From Candidatus Tectimicrobiota bacterium (lineage in GTDB: Bacteria; JACPSX01), in contig JACPSX010000006.1 of NCBI GenBank assembly GCA_016193065.1, positions 1-37,740 of the forward strand: DNA of 37,740 nucleotides, written 5' to 3'. Below the pieces are notes generated by a model, which was given only the letters and a program-made list of their open reading frames with translations, ran no database searches and had not been told where the DNA came from. The translations under genes were made by a program, and so were the position numbers. Numbering within the stretch: position 1 is the first letter of the stretch; the number at the start of each line of letters is the position of its first letter. This document shows positions 28,657 through 37,740 of this stretch, piece by piece.

Positions 28657-29395
28657 AGACCGACTTGTTTTTGCCCTGGACGTCGACGATCTCGAAGAGG
28701 CCAGGCAATGGATTGACGCTCTGCGGGGGGAGGTGGGCACGTTTAAGGTCGGGCTGCAGCTCTTTACCCGCATTGGACCCGAGGGGGTACGGGGTCTGAT
28801 GAATTCGGATCTGCAGATCTTTCTGGACCTGAAGCTCCACGACATTCCCCACACGGTCGCCCAGGCATCCCGGGGGATTGCGGCCCTCGGGGCTCGCATG
28901 TTTACCGTCCATACTCTGGGGGGTACCGACATGCTGGCGGCCTGCGCGGAGGCCATCGCGGAGGAGGCCGGACGTCTCGGGCTGCCGCGGCCCCTCATCC
29001 TGGGAGTGACCCTGCTCACCAGCCTGGACGAGGCGGCCGCCCGTGCCCTGGGGTTTAATCGCAAGATACGGGATCAGACCCTGCGCTTGGCTGCACTGGC
29101 GCGCCAGGCCGGCCTGGACGGCGTCGTTGCTTCGTCCCAAGAAGTGGAGTCAATTAAGAAAGCGTGCGGCTCCGAATTTCTTGCCGTGGTTCCCGGCATC
29201 CGGCCCACAGAGGCCGGAGAGAAAGCGGACGATCAAAAGCGAACTGGAACTCCCCTCGAAGCCGTGGAACGAGGGGCTGACTTTCTGGTCGTGGGCCGCC
29301 CCTTGCGGCAGTCCTCGCATCCGGCTCAGACAGCCAGAGAGATCGTGGAGGAAATCCGCCGTGGCTGGCAGCACCGATCTACTGGAACTCTTTAA
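28625..29395 (+). CDS. pyrF: Orotidine-5'-phosphate decarboxylase
   Basis: FALDV, FKVG, FLDLKLHDIP, VPGIRP, DDQKR, VVGRP. Confidence 0.96.
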   Translation: MPRNAWKPSLKDRLVFALDVDDLEEARQWIDALRGEVGTFKVGLQLFTRIGPEGVRGLMNSDLQIFLDLKLHDIPHTVAQASRGIAALGARMFTVHTLGGTDMLAACAEAIAEEAGRLGLPRPLILGVTLLTSLDEAAARALGFNRKIRDQTLRLAALARQAGLDGVVASSQEVESIKKACGSEFLAVVPGIRPTEAGEKADDQKRTGTPLEAVERGADFLVVGRPLRQSSHPAQTAREIVEEIRRGWQHRSTGTL

Positions 29396-29936
29396 AGAAT
29401 CCGGAGCCCTGCTGGAGGGGCACTTTCTGCTCACTTCCGGACTCCACAGCCCTCACTATCTCCAGTGTGCCTTGTTCCTGCAGTTCCCGACCCACGCCGA
29501 GAGAGTGGGGAGAGAACTCGCCGCCGTGCTGGCTCCGTTTTCTCCGACTGTGGTCGTCTCCCCCGCAGTGGGAGGCATCCTGGTGGGGCACGAGGTCGCC
29601 CGCGCTCTGGGACTGCGGGCGGTTTTCACGGAGCGGGAGGCGGGAGTCATGACGCTCCGCAGGGGGTTTTCTCTCAAGGCAGGAGAGAAAGCCGTGGTTG
29701 TGGAGGACGTGGTGACCACGGGTGGCTCCGTCGTGGATGCGGCCCAAGCTGTTGAGCGAAGCCGGGTCGAAGTGGTCGCCTACGGCGCCATCATCGACCG
29801 CAGCGGCGGACAGGTGAATCTAAACCACCCCCTGAAGACCCTGATTACGGTGAATTTTTCCACCTATAAGCCGCCCGATTGTCCCCTGTGCCGCCAGGGG
29901 ATCCCGGCCATCAAACCGGGCAGCAGGGGATTATAG
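29361..29936 (+). CDS. pyrE: Orotate phosphoribosyltransferase
   Basis: GHFLLTSGLHS, VVEDVVTTGGS, KPGSR; GTG 29361 with RBS ggagg. Confidence 0.95.
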   Translation: MAGSTDLLELFKESGALLEGHFLLTSGLHSPHYLQCALFLQFPTHAERVGRELAAVLAPFSPTVVVSPAVGGILVGHEVARALGLRAVFTEREAGVMTLRRGFSLKAGEKAVVVEDVVTTGGSVVDAAQAVERSRVEVVAYGAIIDRSGGQVNLNHPLKTLITVNFSTYKPPDCPLCRQGIPAIKPGSRGL

Positions 29937-29942
29937 AATCCC

Positions 29943-30221
29943 ATGGCCAAGAAGCGGGTTCACCTGTGGGTTTCCGGCCTCGTGCAGGGGGTGGGGTTCC
30001 GGTTCGTCGCCGAGCGCCAGGCCCTGCGCCTGGACCTGCGCGGCTGGGTGAGGAACCTGCGCAACGGAAGGGTCGAGCTCATGGCCGAGGGGGAGGAAAG
30101 CAATTTGCGGGAACTGGTGCGCTGGTGCCACCAGGGTCCCTCCGGTGCCAGGGTCACCGACGTGGAGGTGGAGTGGGAACCCTGCCAGGATGAATTCAAC
30201 GGATTTGAGATTCGATTTTAG
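29943..30221 (+). CDS. acyP: Acylphosphatase
   Basis: GLVQGVGFR, GWVRNL..GRVE. Confidence 0.95.
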   Translation: MAKKRVHLWVSGLVQGVGFRFVAERQALRLDLRGWVRNLRNGRVELMAEGEESNLRELVRWCHQGPSGARVTDVEVEWEPCQDEFNGFEIRF

Positions 30222-30273
30222 GTAAGCAGTCAGCGATCAGCATTCAGCCTCACCCCCACCCACCCCTCCCCCA

Positions 30274-30404
30274 GAGATTGTGTCATAAGTCCGTTCATGG
30301 TTCGACAGGCTCACCACGAACGGACAAGGAGACCAGAAATTCAATCACTTAGCCGTTCGTCCTGAGCTTGTCGAAGGGCGAACGGCGGATTGCGACACAG
30401 TCTC
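30274..30404. mobile_element. MITE/REPIN-like element, copy 2
   Basis: GAGATTGTGTC...GACACAGTCTC; differs from copy 1 at only a few positions; lies between convergent acyP and purA. Confidence 0.75.
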
Positions 30405-30417
30405 CCAGGGGGGAGGG

Positions 30418-31716
30418 TCAGGGAGGGGGTGAAAAAGCATTTTGGAGGACAATGGTCTGATCGCGCCGGGGGCCCGTGGAGATGATGCCCACGGGAACAC
30501 CAACTTCGCTGCTGATGAATTCCACGTAATTTCTCGCCTCAATGGGCAGCGCTTCGTAGGAGGTCACCCCCAGCGTGCTCTCTCTCCAGCCTCTGCGCTC
30601 TACGTAAACCGGCTCGCAGTCGGCCAGACTGGGGATCTCGGAGGTGATTTCCCGGTACTCCTTGCCCTGCCACCGGTACCCCACGCAAACGCTGATTTGA
30701 GCCGCCTCGTCAAGAACGTCCAGCTTGGTCACCGCCAGGAAGCGCAACCCATTGACGCGCACGGCATAGCGTGCGACCACCGCGTCAAACCAGCCGCAGC
30801 GCCGCGGCCGTCCCGTGGTGGCCCCGTACTCCATCCCCCGCTCCCGCAGGACGTCCCCTTCTTTCCCTGTCAATTCCGTAGGGAAGGGGCCTTCGCCGAC
30901 GCGGGTGGCATAGGCTTTCACCACCCCGATGACCGTGGTGATGACCTTGGGCGGAATCCCGAGCCCCGTGCAAGCCCCGCCGATGGCTGCATTAGAAGAA
31001 GTGACAAAGGGATAAGTCCCGAGATCCACATCGAGCATTGTCCCCTGAGCTCCTTCCACCAGAATGTGATCACCGCGGTCGATGGCCTCCCAAAGAAGAA
31101 GAGTCGTATCTTCTATGAAGGGGGCCAGCCGGTCCCGGTACACGCAGTATTCCTGCAAGATCTCCTCCAGGCTCAGCTCCGTCTGCCCGTAAAGCTCCCT
31201 GAGGAGGAGATTTTTTTCCTGCAAGTTCATCCGCACTTTTTCTCGCAAGCGGTCAGGGGCAAGAAGATCTCCCAGGCGCACCCCAACGCGCGCTGCTTTG
31301 TCCGTGTAAGCGGGGCCGATGCCTCGCCCCGTCGTCCCCAATTTTCCGCCCCCCAGGTGTTTCTCGCTGGCCTGGTCCAGAAGCCGGTGGTAGGGTATGA
31401 TGAGATGGGCTCCGGGACTGATGGTGAGCCGGCCCTCGACCCGGATTTCCCGGGATTCCAGATGTTCAATCTCCGCCAGAAGGGCTTGCGGATCAATGAC
31501 CACACCGTGTCCGACCAGGCAGCGCTTGCCGGGATGGACAATCCCCGAGGGGATCGAGTGCAGAACAAACTGCTCGTCGCCGGTCACGACCGTGTGCCCG
31601 GCATTCGGCCCTCCCTGATAACGAGCGACGCACTGGGCTTGCTCGCTCAGGAAATCGATGATCTTCCCTTTCCCCTCATCTCCCCATTGGGCGCCCACTA
31701 CAGCTACAACCGTCAT
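30418..31716 (-). CDS. purA: Adenylosuccinate synthetase
   Basis: QWGDEGKGK, GGPNAGHT, EGAQG, GATTGRPRRCGWFD, TKLD. Confidence 0.97.
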   Translation of the reverse strand: MTVVAVVGAQWGDEGKGKIIDFLSEQAQCVARYQGGPNAGHTVVTGDEQFVLHSIPSGIVHPGKRCLVGHGVVIDPQALLAEIEHLESREIRVEGRLTISPGAHLIIPYHRLLDQASEKHLGGGKLGTTGRGIGPAYTDKAARVGVRLGDLLAPDRLREKVRMNLQEKNLLLRELYGQTELSLEEILQEYCVYRDRLAPFIEDTTLLLWEAIDRGDHILVEGAQGTMLDVDLGTYPFVTSSNAAIGGACTGLGIPPKVITTVIGVVKAYATRVGEGPFPTELTGKEGDVLRERGMEYGATTGRPRRCGWFDAVVARYAVRVNGLRFLAVTKLDVLDEAAQISVCVGYRWQGKEYREITSEIPSLADCEPVYVERRGWRESTLGVTSYEALPIEARNYVEFISSEVGVPVGIISTGPRRDQTIVLQNAFSPPP

Positions 31717-31738
31717 GTCTGAAATCCGCCTCCCACCC

Positions 31739-33040
31739 CTACGATGACGACCGCCCCATTCGCTCCTGGAGGAACTCGGCCAGCCGCGAGATTTCCACGG
31801 AACTCTCCACACCCCGCGCCACCTCGACCACTTTCGCCAGGCCTTCCGAGACCCCGTTCCCTCCCAGAATTACGGCCCAGGGGATCTGAAACGTGCGGGC
31901 GTAGGCCACCGAGCCTTCCAGGTCGCGGCGAATAATGTCGCGGGCCACCCGCAATCCGCAGCCCCTCAAATTGCGGGCTACCCGAACCGCCTCCCCTTTT
32001 CGGGAGCGAAACTCAATGAGAAGAACGTCCGCCCCGGACGGCAGCGCCAGATCCCCCTGGCGCTCAAGGGCCAGGAGAACTCGCTCCACATCGATGGCAA
32101 AGCCCGTGGCCGGGGCCGGAGCGCCGAATTTCTCCAGGAGCCGGTCGTATCTGCCCCCTCCGCAAATCTCATAGCCCAGATGGGGGGTGAATCCCTCGAA
32201 GACCATCCCCGTGTAGTAGTCGAACCCCCGGATTTCGCACAGATCCACCGTGATGTGGTCCGAGACTCCGTAGGCATCAACGAACTTAAGAATCCGGGAA
32301 AGCGTTTCCAGGGCCGCACGGCAGCGTGGGGTTCCCACCAGGGGAAGCACCTTATCGAGAACTTCTCTCCCGCTCCCTACCAGCCCGGGGAGCTCCAGGA
32401 GCAGCCCGGTCTGGCGAGCTTCCAACTTTTCCCGGCGGCTGCTCTCCTCCAGAGCGGAACGGTCCCGGCGCTGAACCGCTTGCCGGATTTCCACCTCGAC
32501 GGCCGCAGAAACCCCGAGTTCCTCCAGAACACCGGAAAAAAAGTCAATATCGCTCACGGACAGGTGGAAATCATCGAGCCCGACGGCCATGAGCCCCTCC
32601 ACGGCCATGGCGATCATCTCCGCGTCAGCCTCCGGAGAATCCAGTCCCAGGAGCTCGACTCCCGCTTGAAAGAATTCCCGGGCCCGGCCGGCCTGGGGCT
32701 CCACATAGCGAAACACGCTGCTCGCATAGCAAAGCCGCAGGGGGCGGGGACGATCCTTGAGGAGCGTGGAGGCAAAGCGGGCAATTTGCGGCGTGATATC
32801 GGGCCGCAGGACGAGGAGATTGCCGCTCTCCCGGTCAATCATCGTGAAGGTCTTATCGCGCCACTCGGAACCCAGGCCGGGGGCAATCGCATCGAAAAAC
32901 TCGAAGGTCGGGGTGACGACTTCCTGGAAGCCCCAGCGGGTAAACACCCCCAGGAGCTGCTCCTCGACCCAGCGCTTCTTGGCCGCCACTTCCGGCAGCA
33001 ACACCTTGACGCCTTTGGGAATCTCATGCATCAAAGCCAT
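31739..33040 (-). CDS. hisZ: ATP phosphoribosyltransferase regulatory subunit
   Basis: IPKGV, LRPDITPQIAR, REFFQAGVEL, YYTG, GGGRYD; adjacent to purA. Confidence 0.9.
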   Translation of the reverse strand: MALMHEIPKGVKVLLPEVAAKKRWVEEQLLGVFTRWGFQEVVTPTFEFFDAIAPGLGSEWRDKTFTMIDRESGNLLVLRPDITPQIARFASTLLKDRPRPLRLCYASSVFRYVEPQAGRAREFFQAGVELLGLDSPEADAEMIAMAVEGLMAVGLDDFHLSVSDIDFFSGVLEELGVSAAVEVEIRQAVQRRDRSALEESSRREKLEARQTGLLLELPGLVGSGREVLDKVLPLVGTPRCRAALETLSRILKFVDAYGVSDHITVDLCEIRGFDYYTGMVFEGFTPHLGYEICGGGRYDRLLEKFGAPAPATGFAIDVERVLLALERQGDLALPSGADVLLIEFRSRKGEAVRVARNLRGCGLRVARDIIRRDLEGSVAYARTFQIPWAVILGGNGVSEGLAKVVEVARGVESSVEISRLAEFLQERMGRSSS

Positions 33041-33059
33041 GTCCGACCCTACCGGAGAC

Positions 33060-34640
33060 TCAAAGTTTGACCAGCTTGGCGTACAGGAGGTCGGGGAGAG
33101 CCTGAATTTCCGCCAGCACCTGGGGGGGGATCTCCGAGTCCACGTTCACGAAAGAAACGGCCCTGTCGTTGGGGGCCTTACGACCGAGCTGCATGCCGGC
33201 TATATTGATCTGGTTGGAGCCCAAAATGGTGCCGATTTTCCCGATCACCCCCGGGGTGTCGATGTTGCCGAAAACCAGTATGTAGCCCGCCGGAGTGGCC
33301 TCGATGTGGTAGCCGTCGATCATGACGATGCGCGGATCGTGGCGGCCGAAGACAGTGCCCGCAGCCCGGCGTTCTTCGCGGTCGGTCTTCAGTGTGAGGT
33401 CCACGAGGCTGGTGTAATACTCGGCCTCGCTGCTGGTCGTCTCATACACCTTGATCCCCCGCTCGTGGGCGAGAACGGGCGCGTTGACCTCGTTCACGGT
33501 CTCTCCCAGAAACGGTTTCAGGACCCCCTTGAGGAGAGTCACGGTCAGGGGTTTTACACCCATGTGGGCCACTTCACCGCTGTAGCGCACGTGGACTTCC
33601 TGAATTCCCCGCTCCACGAGCTGGGAAGTCAGGCTCCCCATCTGCTCGCACAACTGCAGGTAGGGGCGCAGCTTTCCCAGAAGCTCCCCATCCACCGAGG
33701 GGACGTTGACCGCGTTTTGAATCTCGCCGCGCTTCAGATAGGCGATGATCTGCTGGGCAATCGCCACCCCCACCTGTTCCTGGGCCTCGTCCGTCGAGGC
33801 CCCCAGGTGCGGGGTACAGATGACCTCCTCCAGGCTCAGAAGGGGGTTATCCCCGGGCGGCTCCTTCTCGAAAACGTCCAGGGCCGCTCCGGCCACCTGG
33901 CCGCTCTTGATGGCGTCGTAGAGGGCCTTCTCGTCCACAATCCCGCCGCGGGCGCAGTTGATGACGCGCACCCCGGTTTTCACGCGGGCAAATGCTTCGG
34001 CCCCGAGAAGCCCCCGGGTTTCCGGCGTGAGGGGGACATGAACGGTGATGAAATCGGAGCGGCGCAGGACGTCTTCAAGCTCCACAAATTCGACCCCGAT
34101 TCTCTCCGCCACCTCGGGGGAAATGTGAGGATCGTAGGCAATCACGTCCATACCCAGCCCCTTGGCGCGGTCGGCCACCACGCTGCCGATCCGGCCAAGG
34201 CCGATGACTCCCAGCGTCTTTTTGTAGACCTCCACCCCCACAAAGCGCTTGCGGTCCCACTTCTTGGCCTGCAGGCTGGCGTAGGCCTGAGGGATCTTGC
34301 GCGCCAGCGCCAGAAGCAAGCTGATGGCATGCTCGGCGGTGGTGATCGTGTTCCCCCCGGGGGTGTTCATAACAATGATCCCGCGCTTGCTGGCCGCTTC
34401 CACGTCCACGTTGTCCACTCCGATCCCGGCCCGCCCCACCACCCGCAGATTGCGGGCCGCCTCCACGACAGGCGCAGTGACCTTGGTCTCGCTGCGCACC
34501 ACCAGAGCCTCGTATTCCGGGATCACCTGCAGCAACTCCTGCGGGGAAAGGCCGATCTTCACATCCACCTCGAGCCCTTTTTCCTGGCGCAGAAGATCAA
34601 TCCCCTTGGCAGAAATCGGATCCGAAACCAGAACTTTCAT
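33060..34640 (-). CDS. serA: D-3-phosphoglycerate dehydrogenase (with ASB/ACT domains)
   Basis: RAGIGVDNVD, GLGRIG, INCARGG, ALDVF, TPHLGAST, DTPGVIG. Confidence 0.96.
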   Translation of the reverse strand: MKVLVSDPISAKGIDLLRQEKGLEVDVKIGLSPQELLQVIPEYEALVVRSETKVTAPVVEAARNLRVVGRAGIGVDNVDVEAASKRGIIVMNTPGGNTITTAEHAISLLLALARKIPQAYASLQAKKWDRKRFVGVEVYKKTLGVIGLGRIGSVVADRAKGLGMDVIAYDPHISPEVAERIGVEFVELEDVLRRSDFITVHVPLTPETRGLLGAEAFARVKTGVRVINCARGGIVDEKALYDAIKSGQVAGAALDVFEKEPPGDNPLLSLEEVICTPHLGASTDEAQEQVGVAIAQQIIAYLKRGEIQNAVNVPSVDGELLGKLRPYLQLCEQMGSLTSQLVERGIQEVHVRYSGEVAHMGVKPLTVTLLKGVLKPFLGETVNEVNAPVLAHERGIKVYETTSSEAEYYTSLVDLTLKTDREERRAAGTVFGRHDPRIVMIDGYHIEATPAGYILVFGNIDTPGVIGKIGTILGSNQINIAGMQLGRKAPNDRAVSFVNVDSEIPPQVLAEIQALPDLLYAKLVKL

Positions 34641-34652
34641 GAATGCTGGCCC

Positions 34653-35792
34653 TCACTCCAACAGCAACGCCTCGGCGGCTGCCACTCCGGCCCCCGGCTT
34701 CACTTTGTGTCCCATCTGGACCAGAACCATTTCCAGCACCGAGATCAGCGCCAGGATGTCATAAGAATCCACAAACCCCATGTGAGCGACGCGGAAAATT
34801 TTTCCCTTCAGGGAACCCTGGCCCTCGGCCACAGTGATCCCGAAACGATCACTGAGAATCTTGATCAGCTCCTCGCTGTCCAGCCCTGCGGGCATGCACA
34901 CCGACGTGACGCCCGCACTGGGCAATTCCTTGGCAAAAGGCTCCAGGCCTATGGCCGCCATGGCCCGGCGGGTGGCCTCGGCAAGACGCGCGTGCCTGGC
35001 AAACATGGCCTCCAACCCCTCCTGCCGGATCTGCCGGAGACTGGCGGCCAGCCCCACGACCAGGGAGACGGCAGGAGTGTAGGAGCTGGTGTTTTTCTGG
35101 GCGTTCTTCAGCTCCTTGCGGAAGTCAAAATAGTACTTGGGGAGCGTGGAGCTCTCCGTGAACTTCCAGGCCTTCGGGCTTAAAGCGGTAAAGGCCAGCC
35201 CCGGCGGCAGCATGAGGGCTTTCTGAGAGGCGCTCACGACCACGTCAAGGCCGTAGCGGTCCATGGGAATGTCAAACGTCCCCAGGGCGCTCACCGCATC
35301 GACGATCAGCGCTGTCCCGGCGAGCGGGCGGACAATTTCGCCCAGGGCTTTCAAATCGGAGCTCACGCCCGTGGAGGTCTCCGTGGCCTGCACCAGGACC
35401 CCGCGGATCTCGGGATCTTCTTTCAAGATGGCGGACACATCCTGGGGTTTGGGGGCATAGCCCCACTTCACGTCAAGGATGCGGGCCTGCAAGCCGTAGG
35501 CATTCGCCAGTTCCTCCCAGCGTTCACCGAATTTTCCCCCCCGGGTCACCAGCACCTTGTCGCCCGGAGAGAACAAATTACTGATGGTCCCTTCCATGGC
35601 CCCGGTTCCAGAGGCTGCGAAGATGAGGACTTCTTGATCCGTTTGAAAGAGATATTTCAAGTCCAGGCGGACCTGGGAAAAAAGAGCGCTGTAGTCGCGG
35701 GTGCGATGGTGGATGATGGGTTTGGCCATTTCCGCCAGAACAGACGGCGGAATCGGAGTCGGACCCGGTGTAAACAGGTAGTGTTTCTCCAT
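34653..35792 (-). CDS. Class V (alanine-glyoxylate/serine-type) aminotransferase
   Basis: TPGPT, SGTGAME, ETSTGV, VDAVS, SQKAL.PPG, FRVAHMG. Confidence 0.93.
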   Translation of the reverse strand: MEKHYLFTPGPTPIPPSVLAEMAKPIIHHRTRDYSALFSQVRLDLKYLFQTDQEVLIFAASGTGAMEGTISNLFSPGDKVLVTRGGKFGERWEELANAYGLQARILDVKWGYAPKPQDVSAILKEDPEIRGVLVQATETSTGVSSDLKALGEIVRPLAGTALIVDAVSALGTFDIPMDRYGLDVVVSASQKALMLPPGLAFTALSPKAWKFTESSTLPKYYFDFRKELKNAQKNTSSYTPAVSLVVGLAASLRQIRQEGLEAMFARHARLAEATRRAMAAIGLEPFAKELPSAGVTSVCMPAGLDSEELIKILSDRFGITVAEGQGSLKGKIFRVAHMGFVDSYDILALISVLEMVLVQMGHKVKPGAGVAAAEALLLE

Positions 35793-35894
35793 AGTACGTC
35801 CCTTCTACCCCCCTCAGGTGGAAGACCGGAGCCCCGTGAGAATTCTACAAAGCTCTCGGAAATTTGGGGTTCCCGGGCTCCAGGCCGGCGAGTA

Positions 35895-35972
35895 AAGATA
35901 GCAGATGCGGCTCAACACTGTCAACGGCAAAGGGTGTTTTTCGTTGACTCCCATTTGAGACCTAACTATATT
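35895..35972. promoter_or_regulatory. Divergent sigma70 promoters
   Basis: Minus strand TTGACA-N18-(TGc)TATCTT at 35924-35895; plus strand TTGACT-N17-TATATT at 35944-35972. Confidence 0.55.
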
Positions 35973-36027
35973 GGCGCTATTTACAAAACCCCATGATTTT
36001 TCAACTCGTTGAGGAGGGAGGGTCGCG

Positions 36028-37353
36028 ATGATCTGTGCTTCCCGTGTGCTTTTCGTCCTCCTTGTTGTCCTGGCCCCCGCCGTCGCCTTTGCCGCCGGTT
36101 TCCGACTTCCGGAACAGGACGCCAAGGCCCTAGGGATGTCCGCCGCCGTTGTCGCTCAGGCGGACACCCCCTCAGCGATTTATTACAACCCGGCCGGCCT
36201 TACACAGCTCAAGGGAAACTGGGTCGCCGGTGGAGGCACGCTCATCCTGGCCCAGGGGGCCCAGTTCGAAGGACGCACCAAGGTCTCCAACCGCCTGGGA
36301 CTGGGAACGCAGGGGACCAAAGGGGAAGATCAGGTATTCTTCACCCCCGATCTCTTCTTTGTTTCCAGCCTGGGCAGCGAGCGCCTGCGCCTGGGATTCG
36401 GAGTTTACACGCCCTTCGGCCTGGGGCGCCGCTATGAGGATCAAAACCGGATCTTTCGGGACCAGTTGAACAACATCGAGCTGAAAACCGTGAACTTCAA
36501 CCCCACCATCGCCTATAAGATCAGCGATGCCGTCAGTGTGGGAGCAGGTTTAGACCTCTTTCGCGCCCAGGTCATCTATGATTTCACCGCCTTTGGCACG
36601 TTCAGTGGGACAGACCTCTATACAGCCAATGCCCGAGCCGAGGGCGACGGGCTGGCATACAACGTCGGGGTGCTTATCACCCCTCACCCGAAATGGAAGA
36701 TCGGCTTGAACTACCGCAGCATTTCCTCGATCGACCTCAAGGGAAACGTGGACATCCGAACTCATTCAGCCGCGGCCTCCGCAGCCTTTGCGGCGGCGTT
36801 TTCTCAACCCTCCGGGGCTTCGGCCCGGGACACGGCCCACAGTAACCTGACCTTGCCCGACACCTTCGCCATCGGGGTATCGTTCCGCCCTACGGAGAGG
36901 CTGACTCTTGAGGTGGACGCGGATTGGACGGGATGGTCAACCTACGACGAGTTCCCCTTCAACACCAGCACCTCCGTGTCGGTGGGAGGGGCGCAAATCT
37001 ACGGGCCCACCGCCCTCACCAAGGACAAGGATTGGCGGGACACCTGGACTATGCGGGTGGGAGGTCAGTACAAAGCCGGCGACCGGATCTCACTGCGCGC
37101 CGGCTACCTCTACGACCGGGATCCCATTCCAGAGGAGAACTACACCGCCGATCTTCCAGACGGGGACCGCCAGGCCGGCAGCATCGGCATCGGCTATGCA
37201 GGCTCCCGGTACACCGTGGATTTTGCCTATGCCGCCCTCTTTTACCGTGCCCGGACCGTGAAGAACTACGACCGCTCTGGAAACGTGGCCCTGGATGGGA
37301 CCTTTAAGAGCATGACCCACCTGTTTGGTCTCACCCTGGCCTACCAGTTCTAG
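36028..37353 (+). CDS. OmpP1/FadL/TodX-family outer-membrane hydrophobic-compound channel
   Basis: Signal peptide, AGFRLPEQ, IYYNPAGL, GFGVYTPFGL, NFNPTIAYK, WTGWS, C-terminal YQF. Confidence 0.9.
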   Translation: MICASRVLFVLLVVLAPAVAFAAGFRLPEQDAKALGMSAAVVAQADTPSAIYYNPAGLTQLKGNWVAGGGTLILAQGAQFEGRTKVSNRLGLGTQGTKGEDQVFFTPDLFFVSSLGSERLRLGFGVYTPFGLGRRYEDQNRIFRDQLNNIELKTVNFNPTIAYKISDAVSVGAGLDLFRAQVIYDFTAFGTFSGTDLYTANARAEGDGLAYNVGVLITPHPKWKIGLNYRSISSIDLKGNVDIRTHSAAASAAFAAAFSQPSGASARDTAHSNLTLPDTFAIGVSFRPTERLTLEVDADWTGWSTYDEFPFNTSTSVSVGGAQIYGPTALTKDKDWRDTWTMRVGGQYKAGDRISLRAGYLYDRDPIPEENYTADLPDGDRQAGSIGIGYAGSRYTVDFAYAALFYRARTVKNYDRSGNVALDGTFKSMTHLFGLTLAYQF

Positions 37354-37368
37354 TCCTGAGGAACTTAT

Positions 37369-37437
37369 GGGCGCAATGAATCGCGCACACCCGCCGGGCG
37401 GGTACCCGGTCTTGTAGGGGCGTCATTCATGACGCCC
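37369..37437. repeat. GTAG-type REP doublet
   Basis: GTAGgggcgtcattcatgacgccc (37414-37437) plus a degenerate inverted partner gggcgcaatgaatcgcgcacac. Confidence 0.65.
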
Positions 37438-37675
37438 GGGAGGATCATGATGTGCTCGGACTTCTGACTCAGGACACTAGTTCCGACAAGAAATTGAGAT
37501 TCCCTCCCCCCGGGTACCCCGGGTGCCCCTTGGGCGTGTGGGGAGGGGGTGAGCCTGCTGGAAGCTATGACCCGCTCCAGACGTGGCATCCCTTGCCGAC
37601 GGGACGGCCGGGAGCTAACTTGAAAGCAAACGGGAACTTCTTATGGGGGGCCGGGAGTTTCCCAAGTGAGGTGAA

Positions 37676-37724
37676 AATCCCCCCACCCATACCTTCCCCC
37701 TCGAGGGGGTCGGGAGGGGGTGAA
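37676..37724. repeat. C/G-rich palindromic repeat, apparently an empty version of the host of the 131-bp element
   Basis: ccccccacccataccttccccctcgagggggtcgggagggggtgaa resembles the flanks at 4584-4760 and 30249-30432. Confidence 0.55.
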
Positions 37725-37740
37725 CAGGGCATTTTCTGAG

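Noticed and set aside
29043..29360. Long N-terminal extension of PyrE in the ORF track
   Set aside because: Overlaps pyrF; GTG 29361 has an RBS and gives a normal-length protein
30442..31722. 426-aa plus-strand ORF
   Set aside because: Antisense to purA
32757..35183. 808-aa plus-strand ORF
   Set aside because: Antisense shadow of hisZ, serA and the aminotransferase; expected in GC-rich coding DNA and has no recognisable motifs
30418..35792. Aminotransferase-serA-hisZ-purA cluster as novel
   Set aside because: A familiar conserved housekeeping arrangement

Overview
GC-rich bacterial window, probably from a draft or metagenome-assembled genome (there is an NNNN gap at 1804-1807). The gene content suggests a Deltaproteobacteria/Nitrospinae/Tectomicrobia/Binatota-type diderm, but this is inference only. 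From 1 to ~27.4 kb it is accessory catabolic and uptake DNA. A minus-strand cluster encodes a bicupin, two orphan NMT1/SsuA-like binding proteins, an atypical UbiD-family protein, a stand-alone DMSO-reductase-family molybdoenzyme and a 4,5-dihydroxyphthalate-decarboxylase-like protein. A lower-GC block carries a tripartite tricarboxylate transporter with three near-identical, mosaic TctC receptors, a canonical UbiD, and a convergent CoA operon (crotonase with a His/Asp dyad, VOC protein, acyl-CoA ligase, Fe-S-less 4-hydroxybutyryl-CoA-dehydratase/HpaB-like flavoprotein). Then come ilvE, a binding protein, a nitrilase and an amidohydrolase. From 27.6 kb on it is housekeeping: tatB, tatC, pyrF, pyrE, acyP, purA, hisZ, serA, a class V aminotransferase and a FadL-type porin. 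Intergenic DNA holds at least five families of small palindromic repeats, including a 131-132 bp inverted-repeat-bounded element nested twice in the centre of another repeat family. Several genes carry clean deletions or frameshifts (AAA/DUF4143 ATPase, molybdoenzyme, tctA, crotonase, tatB); these may be real decay or assembly artefacts. No tRNA, rRNA, CRISPR, integrase or transposase was seen. All family calls come from motifs recognised by eye; no database searches were run.
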